DNA of 64,000 bases from an uncultured Mailhella sp. (GTDB taxonomy: Bacteria; Desulfobacterota; Desulfovibrionia; Desulfovibrionales; Desulfovibrionaceae): the NCBI GenBank assembly GCA_905192935.1, contig CAJJMX010000001.1:35837-99836 (forward strand). Direction: 5' to 3'. Of the stretch, positions 29,350-38,499 are shown in pieces. The position numbers and the translations under genes were made by a program. The notes beneath the pieces are model-generated. The model was not told where the DNA came from. It did no database searches and saw only the letters and a program-made list of their open reading frames with translations. Within the stretch, counting starts at the first letter, position 1. The number at the start of each line of letters is the position of its first letter.

Positions 29350-30721
29350 CATATCCCATATTCTCGTCATCGACGATGAGAAGAACTATCTCATCGTCAT
29401 GGAAGCTCTGCTCAAGGACGCCGGATACGAGGTGACGGCCCTCAACGATCCGGAAATGGCACTGCACTTCCTGGATGAATCCGAAGTCGACGTGGTCATC
29501 ACCGACATGAAGATGCCGAAGCTCTCCGGCAAGGAGGTGCTCCAGCGCATCAAGAAATCCTGGCCCGACCTGCCCGTGCTCATCATGACGGCCTTCGGCA
29601 GCATCGAAAACGCCGTGGAAGCCATGCGCTACGGCGCCTTCGACTACATCACCAAGCCCTTTGCCAACGACGAGCTGCTGCTCTCCGTACACAACGCCGT
29701 GGAGCTTTCCAAGGCCCACCGTCAGTACAAGCTGCTCCAGGAATCTCTGGAGGAGCGCTACCGTACCCATCACATCATCGGCAAGTCCAAGGCCATCAGA
29801 AATACGCTCTCCATCGTGGACAGAGTGGCCGTCAGCCGTTCCACGGTGCTCATCACCGGCGAATCCGGCACGGGCAAGGAGCTCGTGGCCAGAGCCATCC
29901 ATTTCAGCTCTCCGCGCAAGGAAGGCCCCTTCGTTTCGGTCAACTGCATGGCCTTCAACTCCGGCGTGCTGGAAAGCGAGCTCTTCGGTCATGAGAAAGG
30001 ATCCTTCACCGGAGCCGTGGCCACGCGCCGCGGCCGCTTCGAACAGGCGGATCACGGCACGCTTTTTCTGGACGAAGTGGGCGAACTCAGCATGGATCTT
30101 CAGGTCAAGCTGCTGCGCGTGCTTCAGGAACGCGTGTTCGAGCGCGTAGGCGGCACCGAACCCATCAGCGTGGATATCCGCGTAGTGGCCGCCACGAACC
30201 GGGACCTTTCCAAGATGGTGGAGGAAGGCACCTTCCGCGAAGACCTGTTCTACCGTCTCAACGTGGTGCAGATCCACATTCCGCCGCTGCGCGAGCGCAG
30301 AGAGGACATTCCCCTGCTCATCGCCCACTTCACGGAAAAGATCGCCGAAGACAACGGCATTCCCACCAAGAGCTTCAGCCCCGAGGCTCAGAACTACCTT
30401 ACCGGCTACGACTGGCCCGGCAACATCCGCCAGCTTCAGAACGTGCTCGAGGGCTGCATGGTCATGGTCCCCGGTCCCGTCATCGGCGTGGAAGACCTGC
30501 CGCCGGAAATACGCGGCGAGGAATCGCAGTTCAAGAGCGCCGTGGACCTGCTGCCCGTGGAGCTCAACCTGGCCGATACTCTGGACAAGATAGAAGCCGC
30601 GCTCATCAAGCGCGCCCTCGTGCGTGCCGACTTCGTGCAGGCCCATGCCGCGGAACTGCTCGGCATATCCCGCAGCCTCATGCAGTACAAGCTGAAAAAG
30701 TACAACATTACCGGACATTGA
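29342..30721 (+). CDS. Sigma-54-dependent response regulator (NtrC family)
   Basis: Receiver domain, GESGTGKE, GSFTGA, FLDEVGE, WPGNIRQL, C-terminal HTH. Confidence 0.96.
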   Translation: MSDISHILVIDDEKNYLIVMEALLKDAGYEVTALNDPEMALHFLDESEVDVVITDMKMPKLSGKEVLQRIKKSWPDLPVLIMTAFGSIENAVEAMRYGAFDYITKPFANDELLLSVHNAVELSKAHRQYKLLQESLEERYRTHHIIGKSKAIRNTLSIVDRVAVSRSTVLITGESGTGKELVARAIHFSSPRKEGPFVSVNCMAFNSGVLESELFGHEKGSFTGAVATRRGRFEQADHGTLFLDEVGELSMDLQVKLLRVLQERVFERVGGTEPISVDIRVVAATNRDLSKMVEEGTFREDLFYRLNVVQIHIPPLRERREDIPLLIAHFTEKIAEDNGIPTKSFSPEAQNYLTGYDWPGNIRQLQNVLEGCMVMVPGPVIGVEDLPPEIRGEESQFKSAVDLLPVELNLADTLDKIEAALIKRALVRADFVQAHAAELLGISRSLMQYKLKKYNITGH

Positions 30722-30805
30722 TGCAGAAACGACAAGGAGAGGAACAGACTTCGGGCCGTCCGTGCCGGGACGGCATGTTTCTCTCCTGAACGCCACATCT
30801 CACAG

Positions 30806-30835
30806 GGAGCGGACCGCGTGTCCGCTCCTTTTTTT
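30806..30835 (+). terminator. Intrinsic terminator after the response regulator
   Basis: GGAGCGGAC-cgcgt-GTCCGCTCC-TTTTTTT. Confidence 0.85.
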
Positions 30836-30984
30836 GCGTCCTCGCCCTCCCGCCTCCTGCCGCAGAGCGAAGCGAGCTTCCAGCCGCAAGGCACCGGAAG
30901 CCATGCCTCCTTCCGAGAGGCGGCAAAGCCGTCGCCGCAGGCACCGGACGAAAAGACTTTCCGTCCATGATGCCTTCCGGGACC

Positions 30985-31068
30985 GCTCCGCGCGCATGAT
31001 GAAGTCTCGAGCAACGGAACCGGGAAGGGGTTCATAAACATGGAGCTCTGCGCGCATGCTGAAGTCTC
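30985..31068. repeat. Pair of 24-bp direct repeats 60 bp apart
   Basis: GCTCCGCGCGCATGATGAAGTCTC (30985-31008) and GCTCTGCGCGCATGCTGAAGTCTC (31045-31068), 22/24 identical. Confidence 0.75.
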
Positions 31069-31267
31069 TCCTCAAGGCCCTCATGCCGCGACGCCGACTT
31101 TGCGCAGGGAACGCGGTTGCCGGCTCGAGTTCGCCGCCTTGCGACATATGCAGCAGTATGCCTCCCGGAGGCTGTACTCTCGAGCGCGCCACAAAAAAAA
31201 TAATGATTTCAGACTGAACTTCGTTCCTGCGCAAAAAAGAGCCCCTGCCGGTCTCGGCGCTGAAGAG

Positions 31268-31283
31268 TGTTTCACGTGAAACA
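31268..31283. promoter_or_regulatory. parS: parS centromere site 1
   Basis: Perfect consensus palindrome TGTTTCACGTGAAACA. Confidence 0.95.
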
Positions 31284-31304
31284 CTGCCGAATCTCCGCTC
31301 CTGT

Positions 31305-31320
31305 TGTTTCACGTGAAACA
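31305..31320. promoter_or_regulatory. parS: parS centromere site 2
   Basis: Perfect consensus palindrome TGTTTCACGTGAAACA. Confidence 0.95.
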
Positions 31321-31324
31321 CTCC

Positions 31325-31353
31325 TTGCATTTACCCATGCCAGCGTTTATGTA
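31325..31353 (+). promoter_or_regulatory. Putative sigma70 promoter of parAB
   Basis: TTGCAT-17-TATGTA, 30 bp upstream of the parA start. Confidence 0.5.
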
Positions 31354-31383
31354 AAAAAAGAATTCGGGAAAGGAGCTTGAACC

Positions 31384-32154
31384 TTGGCAAGAATCATTGC
31401 TGTTGCCAACCAGAAGGGCGGCGTGGGAAAAACAACCACCTCCGTCAATCTTTCCGCCTCTCTGGCCATCATGGAAAATCGTGTATTACTGGTCGATTGC
31501 GACCCTCAGGCGAACTCCACGAGCTCGCTCGGCTTCGATCAGCAGAATCTTTCGCGCAATCTCTACACGGCGCTCTGCGGCACATCCTCTCTGGAAGAAA
31601 CGCTGCTTCCCACGGCAACGCCCTATCTCACCCTGCTGCCTTCCTCCACGGACCTCGTGGGCATTGAAATAGAGCTCGTGGACAAAATGGCCAGGGAATT
31701 CTATCTCGCCGATCTTCTCGGACAGGTGGCCGACAACTACGACTACATCATCATCGACTGCCCGCCCTCTCTCGGCCTCATCACCATCAACACCCTGTGC
31801 GCCGCCCACGAGATTCTTATTCCTCTTCAATGCGAATTCTTCGCCCTGGAAGGCATCGTCAAACTGCTGCATACCTATGAGCAGGTACGCAAGCGCCTCA
31901 ACAAGGAACTCAAGATCCTGGGCGTTCTGCTCACCATGTACGATTCGCGCAACAAGCTGGCCCGTCAGGTGAAGGCGGAAGCGGAACGCTGCTTTCCCAA
32001 GCACATGTTCCAGATCGTCATTCCCCGCAACGTGCGGCTGTCCGAAGCCCCCAGCTACGGCAAGTCCATCCTTCACTACGACATCAAGTCCAAGGGCGCG
32101 GAAGCCTATCTTGCACTGGCACGCGAGGTCGTGCACAAGACCGCTCAGCCGTAG
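31384..32154 (+). CDS. parA: Chromosome partitioning ATPase ParA/Soj
   Basis: NQKGGVGKTT, DCDPQAN, IDCPPSLG, PRNVRLSEAPS; TTG start with AGGAG RBS. Confidence 0.96.
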   Translation: MARIIAVANQKGGVGKTTTSVNLSASLAIMENRVLLVDCDPQANSTSSLGFDQQNLSRNLYTALCGTSSLEETLLPTATPYLTLLPSSTDLVGIEIELVDKMAREFYLADLLGQVADNYDYIIIDCPPSLGLITINTLCAAHEILIPLQCEFFALEGIVKLLHTYEQVRKRLNKELKILGVLLTMYDSRNKLARQVKAEAERCFPKHMFQIVIPRNVRLSEAPSYGKSILHYDIKSKGAEAYLALAREVVHKTAQP

Positions 32155-32315
32155 GGCGGCAGGCGGTCCACACCGCTCGCCCGTCTCCGGGCGTCTGAAA
32201 AGACGGCATAGAGCCGGCGGCGAACGGTATTTTCAGGAAAACGCTCCTTCGTATTAAAACTCTTTTTCCGTCCTCCGCAGGCCGGCACAAAACACCTGCG
32301 ATGCATGGAGGTTGC

Positions 32316-33230
32316 ATGAATATCCCTGAACGCGGACTCGGACGCGGACTCAGCTCTCTGCTCAGCTCCGCCGCAGAAAGCAGCAGTGAGGAACCCAGAA
32401 AACTGGCCCTCACGCAGCTTGTTCCCGGCAAGCATCAGCCCCGGAAGGTCTTTGACGGCAACGCTCTCAGCGAACTTGCGGTATCCATAAAAAATCAGGG
32501 CGTCATTCAGCCTTTGCTGGTCCGTCTTCTTCCCGGAATGCCCCAGAGATACGAAATCGTGGCCGGAGAAAGACGCTGGCGTGCGGCCCGCATGGCAGGG
32601 CTGACGGAAGTTCCCGTCATCGTCACGGAATATACCGACAAGGAAGCCATGACCGTGGCGCTCGTGGAAAATCTCCAGCGCGAGGACCTCAATCCCATGG
32701 AAGAGGCCGAGGCCCTGCAGGCCCTCAAGGAAGCCCATGGGCTGAGTCAGGAAGCTCTTGCGGAGCAGCTCGGCAAAAGCCGGTCCGCCGTCGCCAATGC
32801 GCTTCGCCTGCTCCAGCTCTCAGCCGCCATGCAGGACTCTCTGGCCCGCGGCGACATCAGCGCAGGTCATGCCCGCGCCCTGCTCTCCGTCAGCGACGAA
32901 AAGCTCCGTGAAAAGCTTCATGCCGCCGTCATGCAGCATCATCTTTCCGTCCGCGAGACCGAATCCGCCGCCGATACCTGCAAGCGTACCGGCAGGCTTC
33001 CGGAAAAGCTTCTGCCCGCAGCGCACTCCTCTCCCCGCCCCGCAAGGACGGCCAAGCCGCAGATGATAAAGGACCTGCAGGCCCTTCTGCGCAAAAACAG
33101 CGGCACAAAAGCCACCATCAGCGGCAACGAAAAACAGGGACGCATACAGATCCCCTACACAAGCTCCGAGGAACTCGCCAGAATCCTTACACTTCTCGGC
33201 CTGGGTGGAGACAACGTCCCCAAAGACTGA
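32316..33230 (+). CDS. parB: Chromosome partitioning protein ParB/Spo0J
   Basis: GLGRGL ParA-binding motif, GERRWRAA CTP box, ENLQREDL, HTH KSRSAVANALRLL. Confidence 0.96.
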   Translation: MNIPERGLGRGLSSLLSSAAESSSEEPRKLALTQLVPGKHQPRKVFDGNALSELAVSIKNQGVIQPLLVRLLPGMPQRYEIVAGERRWRAARMAGLTEVPVIVTEYTDKEAMTVALVENLQREDLNPMEEAEALQALKEAHGLSQEALAEQLGKSRSAVANALRLLQLSAAMQDSLARGDISAGHARALLSVSDEKLREKLHAAVMQHHLSVRETESAADTCKRTGRLPEKLLPAAHSSPRPARTAKPQMIKDLQALLRKNSGTKATISGNEKQGRIQIPYTSSEELARILTLLGLGGDNVPKD

Positions 33231-33392
33231 GGACAGGATCGCAGCATCTCAGGAAGCGCTCGGGCAAGCGCCCCCTTCGGCGCTCCTGCCCATGAAAAAG
33301 GCCGCGAGTCCATCGCGGCCTGAATAATTCCCGTACCCTCCAAGAAAGCCGTGCCGCTTTCCGGAAGCCCCTCCCCGTCCGCGAAGGACGAC

Positions 33393-34796
33393 TCAGCCCT
33401 CCTTTCGGAGAACGGCCAGAAACAGCGCATCCTGCCCCGGAAACAGAGGAAGAAAACTCCTCTGCTCCTCAAGACGGCAGACGCCGCCCTTTTTCTCCAG
33501 AAAACGGGAAATCTGTCCCTCATTTTCCTCACGGTTCAGAGCGCACGTCACATAGAACAGCGCCCCTCCGGGCAAAAGATTCTCCCAGGCGTGTTCCAGA
33601 ATATCGGCCTGAACACGCACGGCTTCGTCGAGACGCTCCGGAGAGAGACGCAGACGAAGCTCGGCATTTCTGGCCAGCGTTCCTGTGCCGCTGCATGGAA
33701 CATCCAATAATATCAATGGGAAAGATTCCTTTATATCCTGAGCGGGACCGCAGTGCAGCCTGGGCCACGGCAGTCCGAGGCGCAAAAGAGAGCCTTTGAG
33801 CTCCTCCAGCCGAAAATCGGCCGGTTCACCGGCAAGCTCCACGTGCACACCCTTTTCAAGAAGCGCCGCTGTCTTGCCGCCGCGGCCGCAGCAGGCGTCC
33901 CACAAAGGTGCTTCGGCAAGCGACGGCCTCTCCTGAATCCATGAGGCCAGAAACTCGGCGACAAGCTGAGAGGACGCGCCCTGGCGCGTCAGATTGCCCT
34001 GCTTTTCAAAGGTCTCCAGCAGTTTCTGCTCCTTTGCCGCTTCAGGCCGGCGTCTGTCCAGTCCCTGCGCGGAAAAGCCTCCCCTGCCCACGGGGGCGTA
34101 TCCGCGCTCCAGCCAGTGCTGAACAAGCATCTCACCCCAGACTCTGGAAAGATTCGCCCGCCAGCACGGCGCAGGGTGCGCCAGAGTATCGGCCGCCAGA
34201 GCACAGGCTTTTTCCCGGCCGTACTGCCCTTCCCACATGGCGGTCAGCCAAAGAGGCAGCGAGGCGGCCAGCGCCATGCCCCCGGCGTCGAGAGAGGCGC
34301 TTCTCAGCTGCCCTTCCCGTTCACAGAGTTCGGCAAGAAGCCTGTCATGCTCCCTGTCGACGGCACGAAGCACGCCGTTCACCAGTCCGCCCAGCCCCTG
34401 TCCGAAGCGCCGTCTTGCCAGATTGACCAGTTCGTTCACCGTGGCCCGGGCAGGGATGCCGTCCATGAACAGGATCTCATACGCCCCGAGACGAAGGAGC
34501 ATGCGCACCTGAAAGGAAAGCGCCTCCGGCTTTTTCAGAAAACCCGCAAGAGCCGCATCCAGCGCGGCATGGCGGCGCAGCACCCCGTACACAAGTTCGG
34601 AAAGCAGCGCGGCGTCCCGCCCTTCCATGGACGAAGACTGCACGAGCCTGGCAAGCAGGACCGGCAACGGCGTCGAATCCTCCGGATGCCGGAAAAGCTG
34701 ATGCAGAATATCCAGAGCTCCCTTCCGGGCGCCGGAGACGGTTTTATTCTGAGGCGTTTTTTTTTCTTTTTCGACCATTGATTCATGCTTCGGCAC
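33393..34796 (-). CDS. rsmB: RsmB/Sun-like RNA m5C methyltransferase with NusB-like N-terminal domain
   Basis: ELVYGVLR, VNGVLR (NusB-like); DACCGRGGKT, DVPCSGTG, YVTC, EENE. Confidence 0.85.
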   Translation of the reverse strand: MPKHESMVEKEKKTPQNKTVSGARKGALDILHQLFRHPEDSTPLPVLLARLVQSSSMEGRDAALLSELVYGVLRRHAALDAALAGFLKKPEALSFQVRMLLRLGAYEILFMDGIPARATVNELVNLARRRFGQGLGGLVNGVLRAVDREHDRLLAELCEREGQLRSASLDAGGMALAASLPLWLTAMWEGQYGREKACALAADTLAHPAPCWRANLSRVWGEMLVQHWLERGYAPVGRGGFSAQGLDRRRPEAAKEQKLLETFEKQGNLTRQGASSQLVAEFLASWIQERPSLAEAPLWDACCGRGGKTAALLEKGVHVELAGEPADFRLEELKGSLLRLGLPWPRLHCGPAQDIKESFPLILLDVPCSGTGTLARNAELRLRLSPERLDEAVRVQADILEHAWENLLPGGALFYVTCALNREENEGQISRFLEKKGGVCRLEEQRSFLPLFPGQDALFLAVLRKEG

Positions 34797-34912
34797 TTTC
34801 GCGCCTTAAAAAGGATTCTGGAGCGTTTTCCCGTTTTTTTGGGAAAGACATTCCGTCACTGCGGAGTCGGAAAACAGTTTTTTCCTTCACGCAGATCTTT
34901 CCTGGCCGACGG

Positions 34913-35890
34913 CTAGGCGTTCCTGCCGCGCAGCACGCCCCACGGCTCGGGCAGACCGCGCAACCGTCCGTTGCGGAAGTCCGTCGCGCTCATGGTGGCC
35001 TTGCCTGCCGGACGAAGATGCGTGATGCGGTAGGCGCCGGAACCGCAGGCCACGAGAAGCGCATCGCCGTCCATGCCCACGAGCGTGCCTGGAGCCGCAT
35101 CCTGCGCGGCTTCCACGGGCTCGCCGGGCTCGATGCGTATCATGACGGGGTCGCGGCCTTCCATGTGGAGCACGCTCTTGGCCCCCGGTGCAGGCGTAAG
35201 CCCCCGGATGATGTTGTGGATGCTCCTGGAATCCATGGACCAGTCGATGTACTCCTCGTCCACGGTGATCTTGGCCGCATGGGTGACGAGCTCCTCATTC
35301 TGGGGAACAAAGGCCGCCCTGCCCTCGGCTATCATGCCGAGCGCGCCGACCATGAGCTTTGCTCCGTGTTCGGCCAGAGTGTCGAACAGAATGCCCGCCG
35401 TGTCGTCAGGCTCTATGCTCACCGCCTGCTGCAGAAGTATGGGACCGGAATCCAGACCGGCCTCCATCTTCATGATGGTCACGCCGGAAATGGCATCGCC
35501 GTTCATGACGGCGCGCTGTATGGGCGCGGCGCCCCGGTACTGAGGCAGAAGGGAGCCGTGCACGTTGTACGGTCCAAGCGTGGGAATATCGAGCACGCGC
35601 TGCGGCAAAAGCAGGCCGTAGGCCGCCACCACGAGCACGTCGGGCCTGAGGCCCGCCAGCGTCTCGACGTCGGCATCGTCCCTGAAATTGCGCGGCTGAT
35701 ACACGGGCAGCCCGAGTTCAAGGGCCAGCTCCTTGGTGGCGGAAGCCTTCAGCTTTTTCCCCCGGCCGGCAGGACGGTCGGGCTGAGTGTAGACCGCCAC
35801 GACCTCGCCGCCGTCCCAGGCGACCACGGACTTCAGAATGACCGCCGCAAAGTCCGGCGTTCCCATGAACACAATGCGCAGTTTCGACAT
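34913..35890 (-). CDS. fmt: Methionyl-tRNA formyltransferase
   Basis: FMGTPDFA, TQPDRPAGRG, NVHGSLLPQYRGAAPIQ. Confidence 0.97.
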   Translation of the reverse strand: MSKLRIVFMGTPDFAAVILKSVVAWDGGEVVAVYTQPDRPAGRGKKLKASATKELALELGLPVYQPRNFRDDADVETLAGLRPDVLVVAAYGLLLPQRVLDIPTLGPYNVHGSLLPQYRGAAPIQRAVMNGDAISGVTIMKMEAGLDSGPILLQQAVSIEPDDTAGILFDTLAEHGAKLMVGALGMIAEGRAAFVPQNEELVTHAAKITVDEEYIDWSMDSRSIHNIIRGLTPAPGAKSVLHMEGRDPVMIRIEPGEPVEAAQDAAPGTLVGMDGDALLVACGSGAYRITHLRPAGKATMSATDFRNGRLRGLPEPWGVLRGRNA

Positions 35891-36052
35891 GATTTCTCCT
35901 GAAAGAAAGGACTGTACTTTCCTGATGCCACAAACATTTCCGCTTCGAACAAAGCCAAAGCGGCCCTCTGCATTCGCGCAAACGGTCGTCACACTGTACG
36001 GCCTAAGCTCTCCCCCGTCCAGACTCCGCTCCCTTTCACGACGCCGCGCACG

Positions 36053-36078
36053 AAAAAGCCCGGGCTTGATGCCCGGGC
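36053..36078 (-). terminator. Probable terminator after def
   Basis: GCCCGGGC-atcaa-GCCCGGGC-TTTTT on the minus strand. Confidence 0.7.
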
Positions 36079-36111
36079 CTGTCTGAACGATGCGGCAGCG
36101 CAGCCTTCCGG

Positions 36112-36624
36112 CTACTTTCTGCCCTTTCTGATCTTCTTGTCGTAGAGAGAGCGCTTCAGATAGCTCAGATAGTCGATGAAGAGCTTGCCGTCGAGATGAT
36201 CGGTCTCGTGCTGCATGCAGGCTCCGTAGTAGCCTTCGCCTTCGATGTGCACGGGCTTGCCGTCAAGATCAAGGGCGTCGAGAGCCACGCGGCGGGGACG
36301 CTTCACCTTGGCCCGCAGATCGGGCACGGAAAGGCAGCCTTCGTTTTCCTCATGACCTTTCGGATCGAGCACGGTGACCACAGGATTGATGAAGACCCGG
36401 AAATCCTGAGGCAGATCGGGGTCGTTCTTTTCCTGGGACACGTCGATGATGACCACGCGCTTGAGCACGCCTATCTGAGGCGCGGCAATGCCCACGCCGC
36501 CCACGGTGGTGAGGGTGTCGAGCAGATCCTGTGCAAGGGCACGGATCTCGTCGTTTATCTCGGTCACAGGTTCGCTCACCTTGGCGAGCGTGGGATCGGG
36601 GTACTGAAGAACGGGACGAAGCAT
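36112..36624 (-). CDS. def: Peptide deformylase
   Basis: GVGIAAPQIG, EGCLS, QHETDHLDG. Confidence 0.97.
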   Translation of the reverse strand: MLRPVLQYPDPTLAKVSEPVTEINDEIRALAQDLLDTLTTVGGVGIAAPQIGVLKRVVIIDVSQEKNDPDLPQDFRVFINPVVTVLDPKGHEENEGCLSVPDLRAKVKRPRRVALDALDLDGKPVHIEGEGYYGACMQHETDHLDGKLFIDYLSYLKRSLYDKKIRKGRK

Positions 36625-36627
36625 GAT

Positions 36628-38487
36628 TTACTCCGCGGAATTGCTGGGAGCGGGAGCCGCCTTTTCACGCAGTCGGATGCCCAGTTCACGCAACTGCTTG
36701 TTGTCCACGGGGGACGGGGCTTCGGTAAGCAGGCAGGCGGCCTTCTGGTTCTTGGGGAACGCGATGACGTCGCGGATGGAAGACGCACCCGTCAGCAGCA
36801 TGGCCACGCGGTCGAGGCCGAAGGCTATGCCGCCGTGAGGCGGAGTGCCGTAGTCCAGAGCCTGGATGAAATAGCCGAACTGCGCCTTGGCGGATTCTTC
36901 GGTGAAGCCGAGGCCTTCGAACATGCGGGTCTGGTCTGCGGGATTGTGGATACGGATGGAGCCGCCGCCGATTTCGTTGCCGTTCAGCACCATGTCGTAG
37001 GCGCGGGCCTTGGCGCGGGCGGGATCGGTGAGCATGATGTCGTAGCTCTCGTCCTGCGCGGCGGTGAAGGGATGATGGCAGGCCACCCAGCGATGTTCCT
37101 CCTCGCTGTATTCAAAGAGCGGGAAGTCCGTCACCCAGAGCAGATTCCAGGTATTTTCAGGAATGAGCCCGAGCTTGTTGCCGAGCTTCACGCGCAGGCT
37201 GCCGAGAGCGTTGTTCACCAGACCGGGTTCGCCCGCCTGGAAGAACACGATATCGCCCACTTCAAGGCCGCAGGCTTCCGCAATGCCCGCTCTTTCCTTG
37301 TCGGAAAGGAACTTGGCGATGGGAGACTGCCACTCGTTCTCATGGATCTTGATCCAGGCCAGCCCCTGAGCGCCGAAGCCCTTCACGAAATCGGTAAGTT
37401 CGTCGATTTCCTTGCGGGTCATGGTGACGCCGCCGGGCACGCGCAGGGCCTTCACCAGCCTGGCGCCGGCAAAGAGCTTGAAGGCGGAACCGTGCACGAT
37501 CTCGGTCACGTCCTTGAGCTTGAGATCGAAACGGGTGTCGGGCTTGTCGGAGCCGTAGTCACGCATGGCTTCGTCGTAGGGCATGCGCTTGAGGGGCAGT
37601 TCAATGTCGATGCCGAGAGCTTCCTTGAACACGCGGGCAATGAGGCCTTCGGCCATGCTCATCACCTGATCTTCGTTCACGAAGCTCATTTCGATGTCCA
37701 CCTGCGTGAACTCGGGCTGACGGTCGGCACGCAGATCCTCGTCGCGGAAGCAGCGGGCCACCTGATAGTAGCGGTCCACACCGCTCATCATGAGCATCTG
37801 CTTGAACTGCTGAGGAGACTGGGGCAGCGCATAGAATTCACCGGGAGACAGGCGGCTCGGCACAAGGAAGTCGCGCGCGCCCTCGGGGGTGGACTTGGTG
37901 AGATACGGCGTTTCGACTTCAAGGAAGTCGAGATCGTTCAGATAGTTGCGGCAGGCCTTCACGATGTTGTGACGCACGCGCAGGTTATGCGCCATGACGG
38001 GACGGCGAAGGTCGAGATAGCGATACTGCAGACGCACGGATTCGGAGCAGTCGGTACGATCTTCCACCTGGAAGGGCGGCGTCTTGGCGGTGTTGAGCAG
38101 CTTCCACTCGAGCACCACCACTTCGATCTCGCCGGTGTGCAGATTGGGATTGGTCATGCCTTCGGGACGGGGACGGACGCGACCCTTGATGGCGATGACG
38201 TATTCGCTGCGCAGAATGTGGGCGTCACGATGGGCCTCGGGGGCCACTTCGGGGCTGAACACCACCTGAGTGAGGCCGTCGCGGTCGCGCAGGTCCACGA
38301 AGATGAGGCCGCCGTGATCGCGGCGGTACTGCACCCAGCCCATGAGGCAGACGGTCTTACCGTTGTCGGCAATGGTCAGGTCGTTGCAGTGATGGGTGCG
38401 CTGCCAGTCGCCCAGCGGCTTGATGTATCGGGCGTGTTCCTTCTGGACGTCCACGACGGTCTTTTCGTTGTCTTCAAACTGGCTCAT
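36628..38487 (-). CDS. aspS: Aspartate--tRNA ligase (probably non-discriminating)
   Basis: RRDHGG, PEGARDF, LPQSPQ, FRDEDLRADRQPEF, GAD domain, GLDR. Confidence 0.97.
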   Translation of the reverse strand: MSQFEDNEKTVVDVQKEHARYIKPLGDWQRTHHCNDLTIADNGKTVCLMGWVQYRRDHGGLIFVDLRDRDGLTQVVFSPEVAPEAHRDAHILRSEYVIAIKGRVRPRPEGMTNPNLHTGEIEVVVLEWKLLNTAKTPPFQVEDRTDCSESVRLQYRYLDLRRPVMAHNLRVRHNIVKACRNYLNDLDFLEVETPYLTKSTPEGARDFLVPSRLSPGEFYALPQSPQQFKQMLMMSGVDRYYQVARCFRDEDLRADRQPEFTQVDIEMSFVNEDQVMSMAEGLIARVFKEALGIDIELPLKRMPYDEAMRDYGSDKPDTRFDLKLKDVTEIVHGSAFKLFAGARLVKALRVPGGVTMTRKEIDELTDFVKGFGAQGLAWIKIHENEWQSPIAKFLSDKERAGIAEACGLEVGDIVFFQAGEPGLVNNALGSLRVKLGNKLGLIPENTWNLLWVTDFPLFEYSEEEHRWVACHHPFTAAQDESYDIMLTDPARAKARAYDMVLNGNEIGGGSIRIHNPADQTRMFEGLGFTEESAKAQFGYFIQALDYGTPPHGGIAFGLDRVAMLLTGASSIRDVIAFPKNQKAACLLTEAPSPVDNKQLRELGIRLREKAAPAPSNSAE

Positions 38488-38499
38488 GACCATTCCTCT

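Noticed and set aside
30985..31068. Direct repeats as a mini CRISPR array
   Set aside because: Only two imperfect copies, no leader and no cas genes.
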